From: Candidatus Babeliales bacterium
Lineage (GTDB): Bacteria; Babelota; Babeliae; Babelales; JBFXEV01
NCBI GenBank assembly: GCA_050179755.1
Contig: JBFXEV010000001.1
Location: 969,994-1,033,993, forward strand
Direction of reading: 5' to 3'
Length of the DNA stretch: 64,000 nt
Part shown: one piece after another, positions 29,455-39,071 of the stretch
How positions within the stretch are numbered: the stretch's first letter is position 1
Layout: the number at the start of each line of letters is the position of its first letter
Position numbers and translations under genes: made by a program
Notes under the pieces: model-generated
What the model saw: only the letters and a program-made list of their open reading frames with translations
Told to the model about the DNA's origin: nothing
Databases searched by the model: none

Positions 29455-31008
29455 ATGAAAAAAAATAGGTTATTATTATTAGTAAGTTTAACCGCAGCAA
29501 TGCCCAATATTGCTGCACAAGATGTAGAAGATCTTGTTGGGAATGAACAAGAAGTAACTAAGCAACAACTTGAACAGTTTTTGGCCGAACGACCAACAGA
29601 AAAAGTGGATGAATCGGTCGAGGAACAGGATGAATCTGATGATAGTTTGGCAATAGCAATGGCTGATGATGCTGATGAAACAGATGTAGAGCCGGAAGTG
29701 ACTCAAGAAAAGGCTGTGGCTGATGAGCAACCAACAGAAATTGAGTTGCCAGAAACGCCTGAGCCGTTTGGGCCTCCTGCTTCAGTAACCCAAGAAAAGA
29801 AAGAGCAAGAAGCTCCTGAGCCAGCTGCCGTAAGTCAAGCAGATGATCAAAGCGCTACTCAAGTAACCACAAAAGAATCAAAGCCTGTAGAGTCTGAGGC
29901 AAAGCCGGTAGAAGATGCGCAAAGCACATCAGAGCAAAAGCCTGAAGCAAGCGCCACGCCAACTGAAACTCCAAAGTCAGAAGAACCAGTGCAAAAATCA
30001 CTTGCACAACCACAGGTGACTGCAGCAAAAGAAGTTCCTGCTCCAGAAACAAAACCTGCACAAGCGCCCGTTGCAACCTCTGCACCAGCAGCGCAAGCTC
30101 AAGAATCGTTACTTGATACTATTGATATAGAAGAGGGTGGCAATTGGGTGCTTAAGCGCAAAGCATTGCAAGACACGGTACGAAAAATTGAAGACATCAA
30201 TGCGTTGTATGATGATATTCGCGATACCAACATTGTGTTTTTACAAGGCATTAATACCGTGGACGTGTTGTTTACACAATTTAGTTATGATGTTGGCTTA
30301 GATCTTGGTAAAGTCGATCAATTAGTGCAAGACGTATTGCATCATCTTGAATCTGAGCGTGAAGAAACTGGCGATTTAAGTGAAGCCGAACGTGATATTT
30401 TGCAAAAAGCCGAAGATCGTAAAAAAGAAGTTGAGCAATTGCGCACTAATATTCATGACATATGGCAAGCATATGCGCAACTTAAAGAAGCGCGCATGCT
30501 TAATGATGAACAAATTATTGAAGCAGATAGAATAAGGAAGCAAGCATGGCGGAATTTCCGCATGATCGAGCGTGTTTTAAACGAAGTAAAAGCGGAAGAG
30601 CTATACCATGAAACGGTACAATTATTTGAAGCACTGCAAACCAGTTATCGTTATCTGCAAACGCGTTTGATTCCGCATTTTGAACAGTCAATTAAAACGA
30701 TTCAAGAGAAAATGCAAATGGCCAAAAAGCAATCAGAAGAATTGCAAAGCCAGGGCGTACTCTTGAAAGAAGAAGCCATTATTGTGGATAAATTGGAAAA
30801 AGATCAGTCAGTAGATCAAGATCAGATGCAAGCTCCTGCGCCAACTGGCTGGCTTACGCGGATTAAGAATGTGCTTCTGTCCCCGTTCCATGCACTGGGT
30901 TCTCTTTGGGGTTGGATTACTGGATCATCAAGCGATATGAGGAAGTACTTGCCAGAAGAGCAAGAATTATCTGAAAATCATGAATCTAAGCAACCAGAAG
31001 AGCTTTAA
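29455..31008 (+). CDS. Exported protein with acidic low-complexity region and coiled coil
   Basis: Signal peptide; E/P/Q/A-rich N-half, helical C-half. Confidence 0.8.
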   Translation: MKKNRLLLLVSLTAAMPNIAAQDVEDLVGNEQEVTKQQLEQFLAERPTEKVDESVEEQDESDDSLAIAMADDADETDVEPEVTQEKAVADEQPTEIELPETPEPFGPPASVTQEKKEQEAPEPAAVSQADDQSATQVTTKESKPVESEAKPVEDAQSTSEQKPEASATPTETPKSEEPVQKSLAQPQVTAAKEVPAPETKPAQAPVATSAPAAQAQESLLDTIDIEEGGNWVLKRKALQDTVRKIEDINALYDDIRDTNIVFLQGINTVDVLFTQFSYDVGLDLGKVDQLVQDVLHHLESEREETGDLSEAERDILQKAEDRKKEVEQLRTNIHDIWQAYAQLKEARMLNDEQIIEADRIRKQAWRNFRMIERVLNEVKAEELYHETVQLFEALQTSYRYLQTRLIPHFEQSIKTIQEKMQMAKKQSEELQSQGVLLKEEAIIVDKLEKDQSVDQDQMQAPAPTGWLTRIKNVLLSPFHALGSLWGWITGSSSDMRKYLPEEQELSENHESKQPEEL

Positions 31009-31045
31009 TCAAGTCACCTCTCTACACAAGCAACTACGTTTTTTA

Positions 31046-31096
31046 AAAAATTAAGAAGGGCATTCACTGTAAAAAGTATTGCCCTTCTTAATTTTT
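31046..31096. terminator. Long hairpin terminator
   Basis: aaaaattaagaagggca / tgcccttcttaattttt. Confidence 0.7.
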
Positions 31097-31098
31097 AG

Positions 31099-31127
31099 TT
31101 GAAAAAAGTCGATTGATATGCTACATT
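31099..31127 (+). promoter_or_regulatory. Promoter for tRNA-Leu
   Basis: TTGAAA-N17-TACATT with an extended TG motif, just upstream of the tRNA. Confidence 0.5.
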
Positions 31128-31143
31128 TGGTTGCATGTTACTT

Positions 31144-31229
31144 GCCGAGGTGGTGAAACTGGTAGACACGCAGCGTTAAGGGCGCTGTGAGGATTCCTCG
31201 TAGGGGTTCGAGTCCCCTCCTCGGCACCA
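31144..31229 (+). tRNA. tRNA-Leu (AAG)
   Basis: GCCGAGG...CCTCGGC-ACCA, long variable arm, anticodon stem CAGCG/CGCTG, loop TTAAGGG. Confidence 0.92.
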
Positions 31230-31339
31230 GTCTTTGCTCCTACGGAGCAAATTCTGGCAAGCCAGTCTCTTAAGTTTTCGTGGCAGGCTAAAATAAAAGT
31301 TCATTTGAGTAAGAAGTTTTCAACCTAAAAGGATTTATC

Positions 31340-32908
31340 ATGACGTCAACAATGCGTAACGTATTTTCACCATTTTGGGGTTGGGTAGCAGCAGCTATCG
31401 CAATTTGCATTTACTTATTTACTTTTAATGATAATTGGCGCCCTGTGTTGCGTGAAAACAAGGTAAATTTTGGTATTGATTTGGTTGGTGGCACCTATAT
31501 TCGTCTGAATGTAGAAACGGATAAAGCAGTTGAAGTTGAGTTAAACGATAAAGCACAACAAATTATTAACCGTTTGGAAGAAAAAGAACTTTCAGCGCCT
31601 GTTTCACGCAAAATTGAAAATAACGTAATTTCTTTTTCATTTGATTCATTAGATGCTGCGCAGCGAGCGCATGATCTTATTAAAGAACAAATGGCAGATG
31701 TAGTTGTAGCCCAAGATCAGCAGCAAGTTATTGTGCGTTTGCGCGATAGTCAGATTGAACGTATTAAAGCAGATGCAGTTACTGGCAATATAGAAGTGCT
31801 TCGTAATCGCCTTGATGCTATTGGGGTGGGTGAAATTACTATTGCTCAGCAAGGTGCACATGGCATTCTTATTGAACTACCAAACGTAGATGATCCGCAA
31901 AAAGCAAAAGCAATGATTGGCAAAACTGCGCAACTTGAATTTAAGTTGGTAGTGGCTGAAGCTGCTACTGAAGATCAAATACTAGATAAATATGATGGTG
32001 AACTGCCTGATCATCTTGAAATTGTACATGATGCAAAAGATCGCAGATTTTACGCTGTTGAGCGTTATGCAGAAGTTGCAGGGCGTGACGTGCGCAATGC
32101 ATTTGCAGCTCCTGGTGGCAAATCTGGTACTGACATTGTGGTGAACTTTGAATTAAAGCCAGAAGGCGGCGAACGTTTTTATGAATTAACGCGTAAAAAT
32201 GTTGGCAAAAAATTGGCAATTATTGTTGATAACTCAGTGCTTTCAGCGCCGAATATTTCACTGGGCATTCGCGATCAAGGATATATTACCGGTGGGTTTA
32301 GCCTTGATTCTGCAAAAGAGCTTGCAACCATGATTAAATCGGGTTCCTTTGTGGCGCCCGTTACGTTTGAAGAAGAGCGCCAAGTAGGGCCGTCACTTGG
32401 TCAAGAATCAATCCGTAAAGGCTTGCTTGCATGTGGGCTTGCATTGGCGTTGCTTGCTATATTTGGCGTGCTAATTTATAAAATGGCTGGTTTCTTTGCT
32501 GTGCTTGCATTGGCATTTAACTTACTTTTAATGCTTGCAATACTTTCATGGCTTGGTGCAACACTTTCATTGCCTGGGATTGCTGGTATGGTGCTTACTA
32601 TTGGCATGGCAATTGATGCTTCTATCTTGATTTATGAAGGTATTAAAGAAGATTTGGCTGCAGGAGTTACGCCACGAAAAGCTGTAGAAAAAGGCTTTAG
32701 TGATGCTATGGTGGTTATTTTAGATTCTAATATTACCACGTTCTTAATGGGTATCGTTCTTTACAAATTTGGATCAGGCCCTATACAAGGATTTGCAGTA
32801 ACTATGATGGTAGGTATTATTTCTACCCTTCTTACTGGATTGTTCTTTTTGAGAGCTACACTTAATTATTATTTAATTAATTTAGGTGTTCAAAAGCTTA
32901 GTATTTAG
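31340..32908 (+). CDS. secD: Protein translocase subunit SecD
   Basis: GIDLVGG, IGKTAQLEF, VGPSLG, LPGIAGMVLTIGMAIDA, DSNITT. Confidence 0.96.
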   Translation: MTSTMRNVFSPFWGWVAAAIAICIYLFTFNDNWRPVLRENKVNFGIDLVGGTYIRLNVETDKAVEVELNDKAQQIINRLEEKELSAPVSRKIENNVISFSFDSLDAAQRAHDLIKEQMADVVVAQDQQQVIVRLRDSQIERIKADAVTGNIEVLRNRLDAIGVGEITIAQQGAHGILIELPNVDDPQKAKAMIGKTAQLEFKLVVAEAATEDQILDKYDGELPDHLEIVHDAKDRRFYAVERYAEVAGRDVRNAFAAPGGKSGTDIVVNFELKPEGGERFYELTRKNVGKKLAIIVDNSVLSAPNISLGIRDQGYITGGFSLDSAKELATMIKSGSFVAPVTFEEERQVGPSLGQESIRKGLLACGLALALLAIFGVLIYKMAGFFAVLALAFNLLLMLAILSWLGATLSLPGIAGMVLTIGMAIDASILIYEGIKEDLAAGVTPRKAVEKGFSDAMVVILDSNITTFLMGIVLYKFGSGPIQGFAVTMMVGIISTLLTGLFFLRATLNYYLINLGVQKLSI

Positions 32909-32989
32909 GTATACTAATAATATCTGTCTGAAGGCCTTTTAGACTATAGAAAGTTGCCTGGCCTTTTCAGATAATAACTTTGAATAAAC

Positions 32990-33066
32990 GGCGACGTAGC
33001 TCAGTTGGTTAGAGCGGCGGAATCATAATCCGAAGGTCAGAGGTTCGAATCCCCTCGTCGCTACCA
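32990..33066 (+). tRNA. tRNA-Met (CAT), elongator type
   Basis: GGCGACG...CGTCGCT-ACCA, loop ATCATAA; lacks initiator features. Confidence 0.88.
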
Positions 33067-33069
33067 TCA

Positions 33070-33166
33070 GCCTTCGCGCAGAGCGCTACGGCGTGATGCG
33101 CCAAATGAGGCTTTAGCCGAATTTGAAGGCGTGATGCTACGCCATAGCTCCGTAGGAGCGAAGGCG
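33070..33166. repeat. Pair of inverted family A repeats after tRNA-Met
   Basis: gccttcgcgcagagcgctacggc and cgccatagctccgtaggagcgaaggcg. Confidence 0.6.
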
Positions 33167-33195
33167 AGCTGGCCCAGCTTCTTTAATGGACTTTC

Positions 33196-33801
33196 ATGCA
33201 AAAAAATACTATCCTCTCTCTCCCTCTCACACTCACTGGCATCCGCCTTATCATAGCACCCTTACTTTTACCATTTTTAGTAGTATATCTTTTGCCGCTT
33301 AATCTACTGTGGCTTAATTGCCTTATTGGCGTGTTATTTTTTGCGTTTGGGCTGACCGATTTTTTTGATGGGTATTATGCGCGTAAAAATAATCAAGTTA
33401 CTTTACTTGGCGCGTTGCTTGACCCTATAGCAGATAAGTTTTTGAATCTATCAACATTGCTTGGTTTATTGGTGGTGCATAAAATTTCATTCTTTTGGGT
33501 AATGCTTTTTATTGCACGGGAGTTGTTTGTAATGAGCTTGCGGCTTATTGCAGCAGAACATGGCAAGAGTATTTCGGTATCTTGGCATGGTAAATTAAAA
33601 ACAACCGCGCAATTTGTGTATATTACGGTAGCAATCTGCAATCCACTGGCAAGTTCTTATACTACATTTACCCGCATTGAAGAGATTTTATTATGTATCG
33701 CAGTAGTTTCTACGTTGCTCTCAGCATATGCGTATTATCGCTCATTTATTGCGATATTCCCCGATATACTGTATCGAAAGTCGCACGACACCACTTTGTA
33801 A
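33196..33801 (+). CDS. pgsA: CDP-diacylglycerol--glycerol-3-phosphate 3-phosphatidyltransferase
   Basis: TDFFDGYYARK...GALLDPIADK, GKLKT. Confidence 0.92.
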   Translation: MQKNTILSLPLTLTGIRLIIAPLLLPFLVVYLLPLNLLWLNCLIGVLFFAFGLTDFFDGYYARKNNQVTLLGALLDPIADKFLNLSTLLGLLVVHKISFFWVMLFIARELFVMSLRLIAAEHGKSISVSWHGKLKTTAQFVYITVAICNPLASSYTTFTRIEEILLCIAVVSTLLSAYAYYRSFIAIFPDILYRKSHDTTL

Positions 33802-33812
33802 AGGTTAAGAGT

Positions 33813-35585
33813 ATGAATTTTAGTACCGTTGCCTATTATTTTGATGCAATAAATAACACCAGTTCGCGTACTGAGATCACGCAGCTTCTTGCCACACTTT
33901 TTAAAGCAGCAAATGCGCAAGAAATTGAAATTATTTGTAACGCATCATTAGGGCTTTTACGTCCGCCATATCGTGGCACGCAATTTAACGTGGCTGAAAA
34001 AAGCATGATCGGTATTGTGGCGCAATTGCTTGGCATTTCACCAGAAGAGGTGAAGACTCGCGCGAATGACCTTGGGGATCTTGGCTCAGTAGTTGCCCAA
34101 GGGTATGCTGCGCAAACGGCATCTGAACTTTCAGTAGTAGATGTGTATGCTGCGTTGAGCGAAATTGAAGATATCTCAGGCAGTGGTAGTACTGAACTTA
34201 AAGCGCACAAAATAGTGAGTTTGTTGCAGCAACTTTCGCCAGCAAGTGGTCAATACGTTGTACGTATCATTTTAGGCACCTTGCGCCTTGGTTTTTCTGA
34301 TATGACTATTGTGGATGCACTTTCTTGGATGCTTGTGGAAAGTAAAGCGTTAAGAGCGCGTATTGAACACGCGTATAATTTGTGCGCTGATATTGGCTTT
34401 ATTGCACGAGAGCTTAAAAGCGGCGGCATAGAAGCACTTGATAAATTATCTATAAAAATTGGTATACCCATTCGGCCTGCAGCAGCAGAGCGTTTGCCTA
34501 ATGCTCAAGCAATTATTGATAAAATTGGTGATTGCGTGGCGCAACCTAAACTTGATGGCTTTCGTTTGCAAATTCATATGGATGCAACACATTCTGAGCA
34601 GCCCGAGATTCATTTTTTTTCGCGCAATTTGCTTGATATGTCAGCTATGTTTCCTGATTTAGTAGAGGCACTTAAAAAGTTACCGGTCAAACAACTCATT
34701 TGTGAAGGTGAAGCAATAGTTTTTGATCCAAATACGGGTCACTTTTTACCGTTTCAAGAAACAGTCAAACGCAAACGCAAACATGGTATTGACCAGGCAA
34801 TCTCTGAATTTCCCTTGCAATTTTATGTGTTTGATTTGTTGTATGCCGATGGCAAAGAGTATTTATCAGTAGGTCATGAAGAGCGTAGAAAAGCATTACT
34901 TGCATTATTTGCGCAGTCAAAAACTGCTACTATTCAGGTAATTGCAGAGCGGCACGTGCATACGGCAGCTGAGCTAGAAGAATATTTTTTTGAAAACATT
35001 AACGCAGGGCTTGAAGGCCTGGTGGTCAAGAAACCAAATTCAATCTATGAACCTGGTAAACGTAATTTTAATTGGATCAAATTAAAACGCCATGAAGAAG
35101 GCCATTTAGAAGATACCATCGATTGTGTGATATTGGGTTATTATGCTGGTGCTGGCAAACGATCTCAATTTGGCATTGGTGCATTTTTGGTTGGCATATT
35201 TAACCCGCACGAAGATTGTTTTCAAACCATTGCAAAGATTGGCACGGGTCTTAAAGATGCCGAGTGGATAGATCTAAAAAAACAATGTGATGCACATGCG
35301 GTGCATGAAAAGCCGCGTAACGTGGTGTGCGCTCCAGCATTATACCCCGACGTGTGGACTGCCCCTGAAATTGTGTGCAGCATTCTTGCTGATGAAATTA
35401 CGCGATCGCCGCTCCATACTGCTGGTAAAACTACTGAGCAACTGGGGTATGCATTGCGTTTCCCGCGTATACTTGGCTATCGAGAAGATAAGTCTGCGCA
35501 TGAGGTGACTACCGTGCATGAGATTAAGCGGCTTTATGAAGATCAGTTTGTTCCTTCGATACATTCTTCTGCGCCGAAGGCTTGA
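33813..35585 (+). CDS. ATP-dependent DNA ligase, archaeal/eukaryotic LigI-like with N-terminal DNA-binding domain
   Basis: KLDGFR, EGEA, FDLLY, EGLVVK, WIKLK, LRFPR; GDLGSV and LRLG in the DBD; start moved to ATG 33813. Confidence 0.93.
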   Translation: MNFSTVAYYFDAINNTSSRTEITQLLATLFKAANAQEIEIICNASLGLLRPPYRGTQFNVAEKSMIGIVAQLLGISPEEVKTRANDLGDLGSVVAQGYAAQTASELSVVDVYAALSEIEDISGSGSTELKAHKIVSLLQQLSPASGQYVVRIILGTLRLGFSDMTIVDALSWMLVESKALRARIEHAYNLCADIGFIARELKSGGIEALDKLSIKIGIPIRPAAAERLPNAQAIIDKIGDCVAQPKLDGFRLQIHMDATHSEQPEIHFFSRNLLDMSAMFPDLVEALKKLPVKQLICEGEAIVFDPNTGHFLPFQETVKRKRKHGIDQAISEFPLQFYVFDLLYADGKEYLSVGHEERRKALLALFAQSKTATIQVIAERHVHTAAELEEYFFENINAGLEGLVVKKPNSIYEPGKRNFNWIKLKRHEEGHLEDTIDCVILGYYAGAGKRSQFGIGAFLVGIFNPHEDCFQTIAKIGTGLKDAEWIDLKKQCDAHAVHEKPRNVVCAPALYPDVWTAPEIVCSILADEITRSPLHTAGKTTEQLGYALRFPRILGYREDKSAHEVTTVHEIKRLYEDQFVPSIHSSAPKA

Positions 35586-35605
35586 AGAACACTCAGGATG
35601 AGCGG
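35553..35605. repeat. Family B palindromic repeat overlapping the ligase stop codon
   Basis: ccttcgatacattcttc...gaagaacactcaggatgagcgg. Confidence 0.7.
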
Positions 35606-35613
35606 TAAAAGCG

Positions 35614-36231
35614 CTACATCTTTTCTTTGAGTAACCGCGCAACTTCTTGCGGATTATCAGCCTGCGTAATCGCACGCCCCACAAATACGCCATTAGGCTG
35701 TATTTCGCGAATATTGTCTATATTTTCAAGTGAAATTTTTCCTGTTAAATATATAGGTAGTGGCGTGTTGCCACGAATCATGGTCCATTGATCTTTAAAT
35801 AATAATTGTTCATTGGCGTCATACATGGTGCGTAATAAAAGACCATCAGCCCCCATGCTTTGAGCTTCAAGCGCAATTTGACCATACGCGCTTGCATTAC
35901 TTACATCAAGTAACACTCGCTTATTCATAGTATGCGCTTGCGTGCAAGCTGCATGTATTACTTCTTTGCGTGTGCCGCCCATCACGGTGATAGAATCAGC
36001 GCCAGCTTGAGCAAATAGCGCAACTGTTTCTTTGCCATGCACCACTAATTTTGCGTCAACATTGATTATTTTATTTTTGAATTGTGTTCTAAATTGTTCG
36101 ATTGCCTGTACGCCATATTTATAGAGTAAGAGTGACCCTACATCAAAGCCGGTTGCATAGGGCTCCACCCGCTCAGCTATCGCAAGTGCTTGATCGAGAT
36201 CGGGAAAATCAAATGAAATATACAGTTCCAT
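35614..36231 (-). CDS. OMP decarboxylase/hexulose-6-phosphate synthase (HPS) family protein, divergent
   Basis: LYISFD, DVGSLLLYKYG, VDAK, AGAD, VGRAITQADNP. Confidence 0.82.
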   Translation of the reverse strand: MELYISFDFPDLDQALAIAERVEPYATGFDVGSLLLYKYGVQAIEQFRTQFKNKIINVDAKLVVHGKETVALFAQAGADSITVMGGTRKEVIHAACTQAHTMNKRVLLDVSNASAYGQIALEAQSMGADGLLLRTMYDANEQLLFKDQWTMIRGNTPLPIYLTGKISLENIDNIREIQPNGVFVGRAITQADNPQEVARLLKEKM

Positions 36232-36285
36232 ACGGTTCCTTTTTACGATGTTTGGTCTGGCTTTTTTTAGTATACCAGTCTCATG

Positions 36286-36993
36286 TTAGGGCACAAGTTG
36301 CTGCGCATAATCAACATCACTTTGCTTGCTAAAGTTAAAAATAACTGGGCCAAAGAAATGGCGAATTTTTAATGAACGTAAAGCTTCAACAGTAACATTA
36401 AGTTCTTGAGTAGCATAGAGATCGGGTAGCATGAGCATAGGGCTATCATCAGTTTCTGTTATACCTAGGGGTACTTTAATGGTATCAGGTTTGGCAAATA
36501 AAATGATAGTATCAAGTGAAATTCTTTTATTGTTAGGCACATCGGTTTTTTGTACGTCCCAATAAAATATTTTTGTTGAGGGCGCTTGCTTGCGGGTGAT
36601 GGTATACATTTCTGCTGGCAAGGAGTTTAAAAGCTCCAGATGATGTACGGTGGCGCCAATCATCATTATCGGCTCTATCATGGGCGTAATTACTAATTTA
36701 ACTTCAGGGGGTTGATGTAAACGGGGAAACGTGATTTGTCCTGCAAAGTCAGAAACGGTTACATATCCCATATAACTTGCAATAACCCCTTGATAGTGGC
36801 CAACTTCAACCAGCCGCTTGAGTATGAGCTCTGCCAATCTTCCGGTGTTTTGAAGTGCATCAAGAAAGTCTGTTTGACTCATTGCAGGTGGCGTATGATA
36901 GGGGCGTATAAAAAAAGTTATAATGTTTTCACTCTTTGCCAATGTTGCAACTATGAGCATGATAAGTACTAGGCAGCGTGTGGTGCGTATCAT
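36286..36993 (-). CDS. Hypothetical exported protein
   Basis: GAGG RBS, N-terminal hydrophobic signal, 235-aa ORF. Confidence 0.75.
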   Translation of the reverse strand: MIRTTRCLVLIMLIVATLAKSENIITFFIRPYHTPPAMSQTDFLDALQNTGRLAELILKRLVEVGHYQGVIASYMGYVTVSDFAGQITFPRLHQPPEVKLVITPMIEPIMMIGATVHHLELLNSLPAEMYTITRKQAPSTKIFYWDVQKTDVPNNKRISLDTIILFAKPDTIKVPLGITETDDSPMLMLPDLYATQELNVTVEALRSLKIRHFFGPVIFNFSKQSDVDYAQQLVP

Positions 36994-37102
36994 AATGTCC
37001 TCATTATTTTAGAGCATGTTTATTTTAAAAAAAGCTACTTTATGCTATTTTAACTATAACAACGACGTTATATCAAAATCCATAGTTGAGGAGCTTTATT
37101 AC

Positions 37103-37783
37103 GTGGATCTTAGTCAACAAGACTCAAATGCGCGGGCAGCCGTTGCAAAACTTTCAAGAACCTATGCATTGAATGATCATCAGTTAGATCAATTTGCAAA
37201 ATATCTGTCTATGCTCCAAGAATGGAACAAGATGATGAATTTAACGGCAATTACCGATACGCAGGGTATAGTATCGCTTCATTTTGACGATTCGTTGCAG
37301 CTATCTAAAGCCATGGATTTATCGCACGTAAAAATGCTTGCAGACGTGGGCACTGGCGCCGGCTTTCCTGGCCTTGCGCTTAAAATTATGTTTCCAGCGC
37401 TTCCGGTGCTTTTAATTGAAGTGGTACAGAAAAAAATTGAGTTTTTACAAGCAGTCGTCTCTGCGTGCGGTCTTGAAGGTGTGGAAATTTCTGGCCTTGA
37501 TTGGCGTAATTTCTTACGTTATCCTGACTATGAAATAGATCTTTTTGTCAGCAGAGCTGCATTGCCTACTGAAGAACTTATTAGGTTGTTTAGACCTTCA
37601 TGCTCATACAAAAATGCGCAACTTGTCTATTGGGCTTCTAAAAATTGGCAAGCAAGTTCACCAGAAGAAATCGATCTTAAAGTAAAAGAATTTAATTACA
37701 CGGTTGATGGCAAATCGCGCAAATTGGTTTTTTTTAAGCGCCAGGATTCATCTAAGGATAACTATTCTTTAAGTAGCAAATAA
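37103..37783 (+). CDS. rsmG: 16S rRNA m7G527 methyltransferase
   Basis: WNKMMNLTAI, HFDDSL, DVGTGAGFPG, VSRA; GTG start after GAGGAG. Confidence 0.93.
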   Translation: MDLSQQDSNARAAVAKLSRTYALNDHQLDQFAKYLSMLQEWNKMMNLTAITDTQGIVSLHFDDSLQLSKAMDLSHVKMLADVGTGAGFPGLALKIMFPALPVLLIEVVQKKIEFLQAVVSACGLEGVEISGLDWRNFLRYPDYEIDLFVSRAALPTEELIRLFRPSCSYKNAQLVYWASKNWQASSPEEIDLKVKEFNYTVDGKSRKLVFFKRQDSSKDNYSLSSK

Positions 37784-37811
37784 ATAATTTTCACTTACTA
37801 AAAGGGTCTCT

Positions 37812-38597
37812 ATGAAAAAGTTGTCACTCTCATTGTTATTAGCATGCATAGGATTTTGCAATGCAATGGAGCCTGTACCAAGTAAGGAGAAATCAAGAAC
37901 AGTAGCGCCAGCAAGACAAAGAAGATGTTGTTGCATATCAGTGGAATCTGCTGTTGAGCCTGGTTCGCATGAAGAAAAAACGCTAACGCTTTCTGATAAG
38001 CCGTTCGAATTTTCAATTGGGGAAGATCAAGTTAATGAACTTATGGAACCACTTTCTCAGCAAAAAATGGCACGTGTTTATGCTGTAAATGCCAATAAAA
38101 TAACCAGATCACGCAGCTTAACGTCGGAACGAATGCAGCAATTGGTTACCAAGGTGCTGCGTGAGGAAGCCACAAAAGACATGTTTCATGCGGTCGTGAA
38201 CAATCATCCAGGCCTTGTTGCAGCATCTATTGGTGATGGTGCATACGTGAATGCCACTATTAATAATAAATGGACGGCGCTTCATTTTGCAGCACGTGAT
38301 AGAAATGTAGAGGTTGCTAAAATACTTTTGGCCGTGCGTGGCATTAATACAGCGCTTGTTAATGGTAGTGGCGATACTGCAGAGCAAGTAGTGCTGCAGC
38401 GTAGATCTGGCGCAACGCCTGAGCATCAAGCATTATGTGATAAAATTTTGGAATTACTCGGTTTGCATAAAAGAGGCAAGTATCCCTATAGCTTAAAAAA
38501 TGGCAACTTGATTCCAAAGGAAACAGTTGCTCAAGCAGTTGAGCAACCTCGCACTGTTTCATTTGCACCTACTATGGAGCCTGTGGTGTTTCAGTAA
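37812..38597 (+). CDS. Exported ankyrin-repeat protein
   Basis: Signal peptide ending CNA-ME; WTALHFAA...VAKILL, GDTA. Confidence 0.85.
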   Translation: MKKLSLSLLLACIGFCNAMEPVPSKEKSRTVAPARQRRCCCISVESAVEPGSHEEKTLTLSDKPFEFSIGEDQVNELMEPLSQQKMARVYAVNANKITRSRSLTSERMQQLVTKVLREEATKDMFHAVVNNHPGLVAASIGDGAYVNATINNKWTALHFAARDRNVEVAKILLAVRGINTALVNGSGDTAEQVVLQRRSGATPEHQALCDKILELLGLHKRGKYPYSLKNGNLIPKETVAQAVEQPRTVSFAPTMEPVVFQ

Positions 38598-38675
38598 GCA
38601 AAGAGTGTTTAAGAATATATGGCTAGATTATGATTATGATAACGATAGTTTTTAAGTAAGGAACAGGAAATTATC

Positions 38676-39071
38676 ATGAAAGATAAAGATACAACATTTC
38701 AAACACTCAAAGATACGTTAGCTCCTTTGTTTAAAGAGCGTGAGTGGGGCCAATTCCATACGCCAAAAAATCTGAGCATGAACTTAGTAGCAGAGGCTGC
38801 TGAACTTATGGAATTATTTTTGTGGTCAAACACACGAGAGCAGGTAGACGTAGAGCTTAAAGAAAATCGGCAAGAAGTAGAAGATGAACTTGCCGATGTT
38901 GTTATTGCTGCAATTACGTTTGCAATAGCAACTGATATAGATATTGCAAAAGCTATTGAACATAAAATTGAAATTTTTAAAAAAAAATATCCGGTTGAAC
39001 TGGCCAAAGGTACGAGTACTAAATATACAAAGTTGCATAAAAAAATAGTTAGATTAGAGTTTTGCCCTTAA
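38676..39071 (+). CDS. MazG-like nucleotide pyrophosphohydrolase
   Basis: REWGQFHTPKNL, EAAELME, EDELADV, KYP. Confidence 0.9.
   Translation: MKDKDTTFQTLKDTLAPLFKEREWGQFHTPKNLSMNLVAEAAELMELFLWSNTREQVDVELKENRQEVEDELADVVIAAITFAIATDIDIAKAIEHKIEIFKKKYPVELAKGTSTKYTKLHKKIVRLEFCP

Noticed and set aside
31171..31187. Reading the tRNA-Leu anticodon as TAA
   Set aside because: It needs a shifted loop that breaks the perfect 5-bp stem; G37 fits the NAG class
39040..39071. Convergent 18-nt overlap of the MazG-like gene with its neighbour near an A run
   Set aside because: Short tail overlaps are common; at most a trivial homopolymer slip
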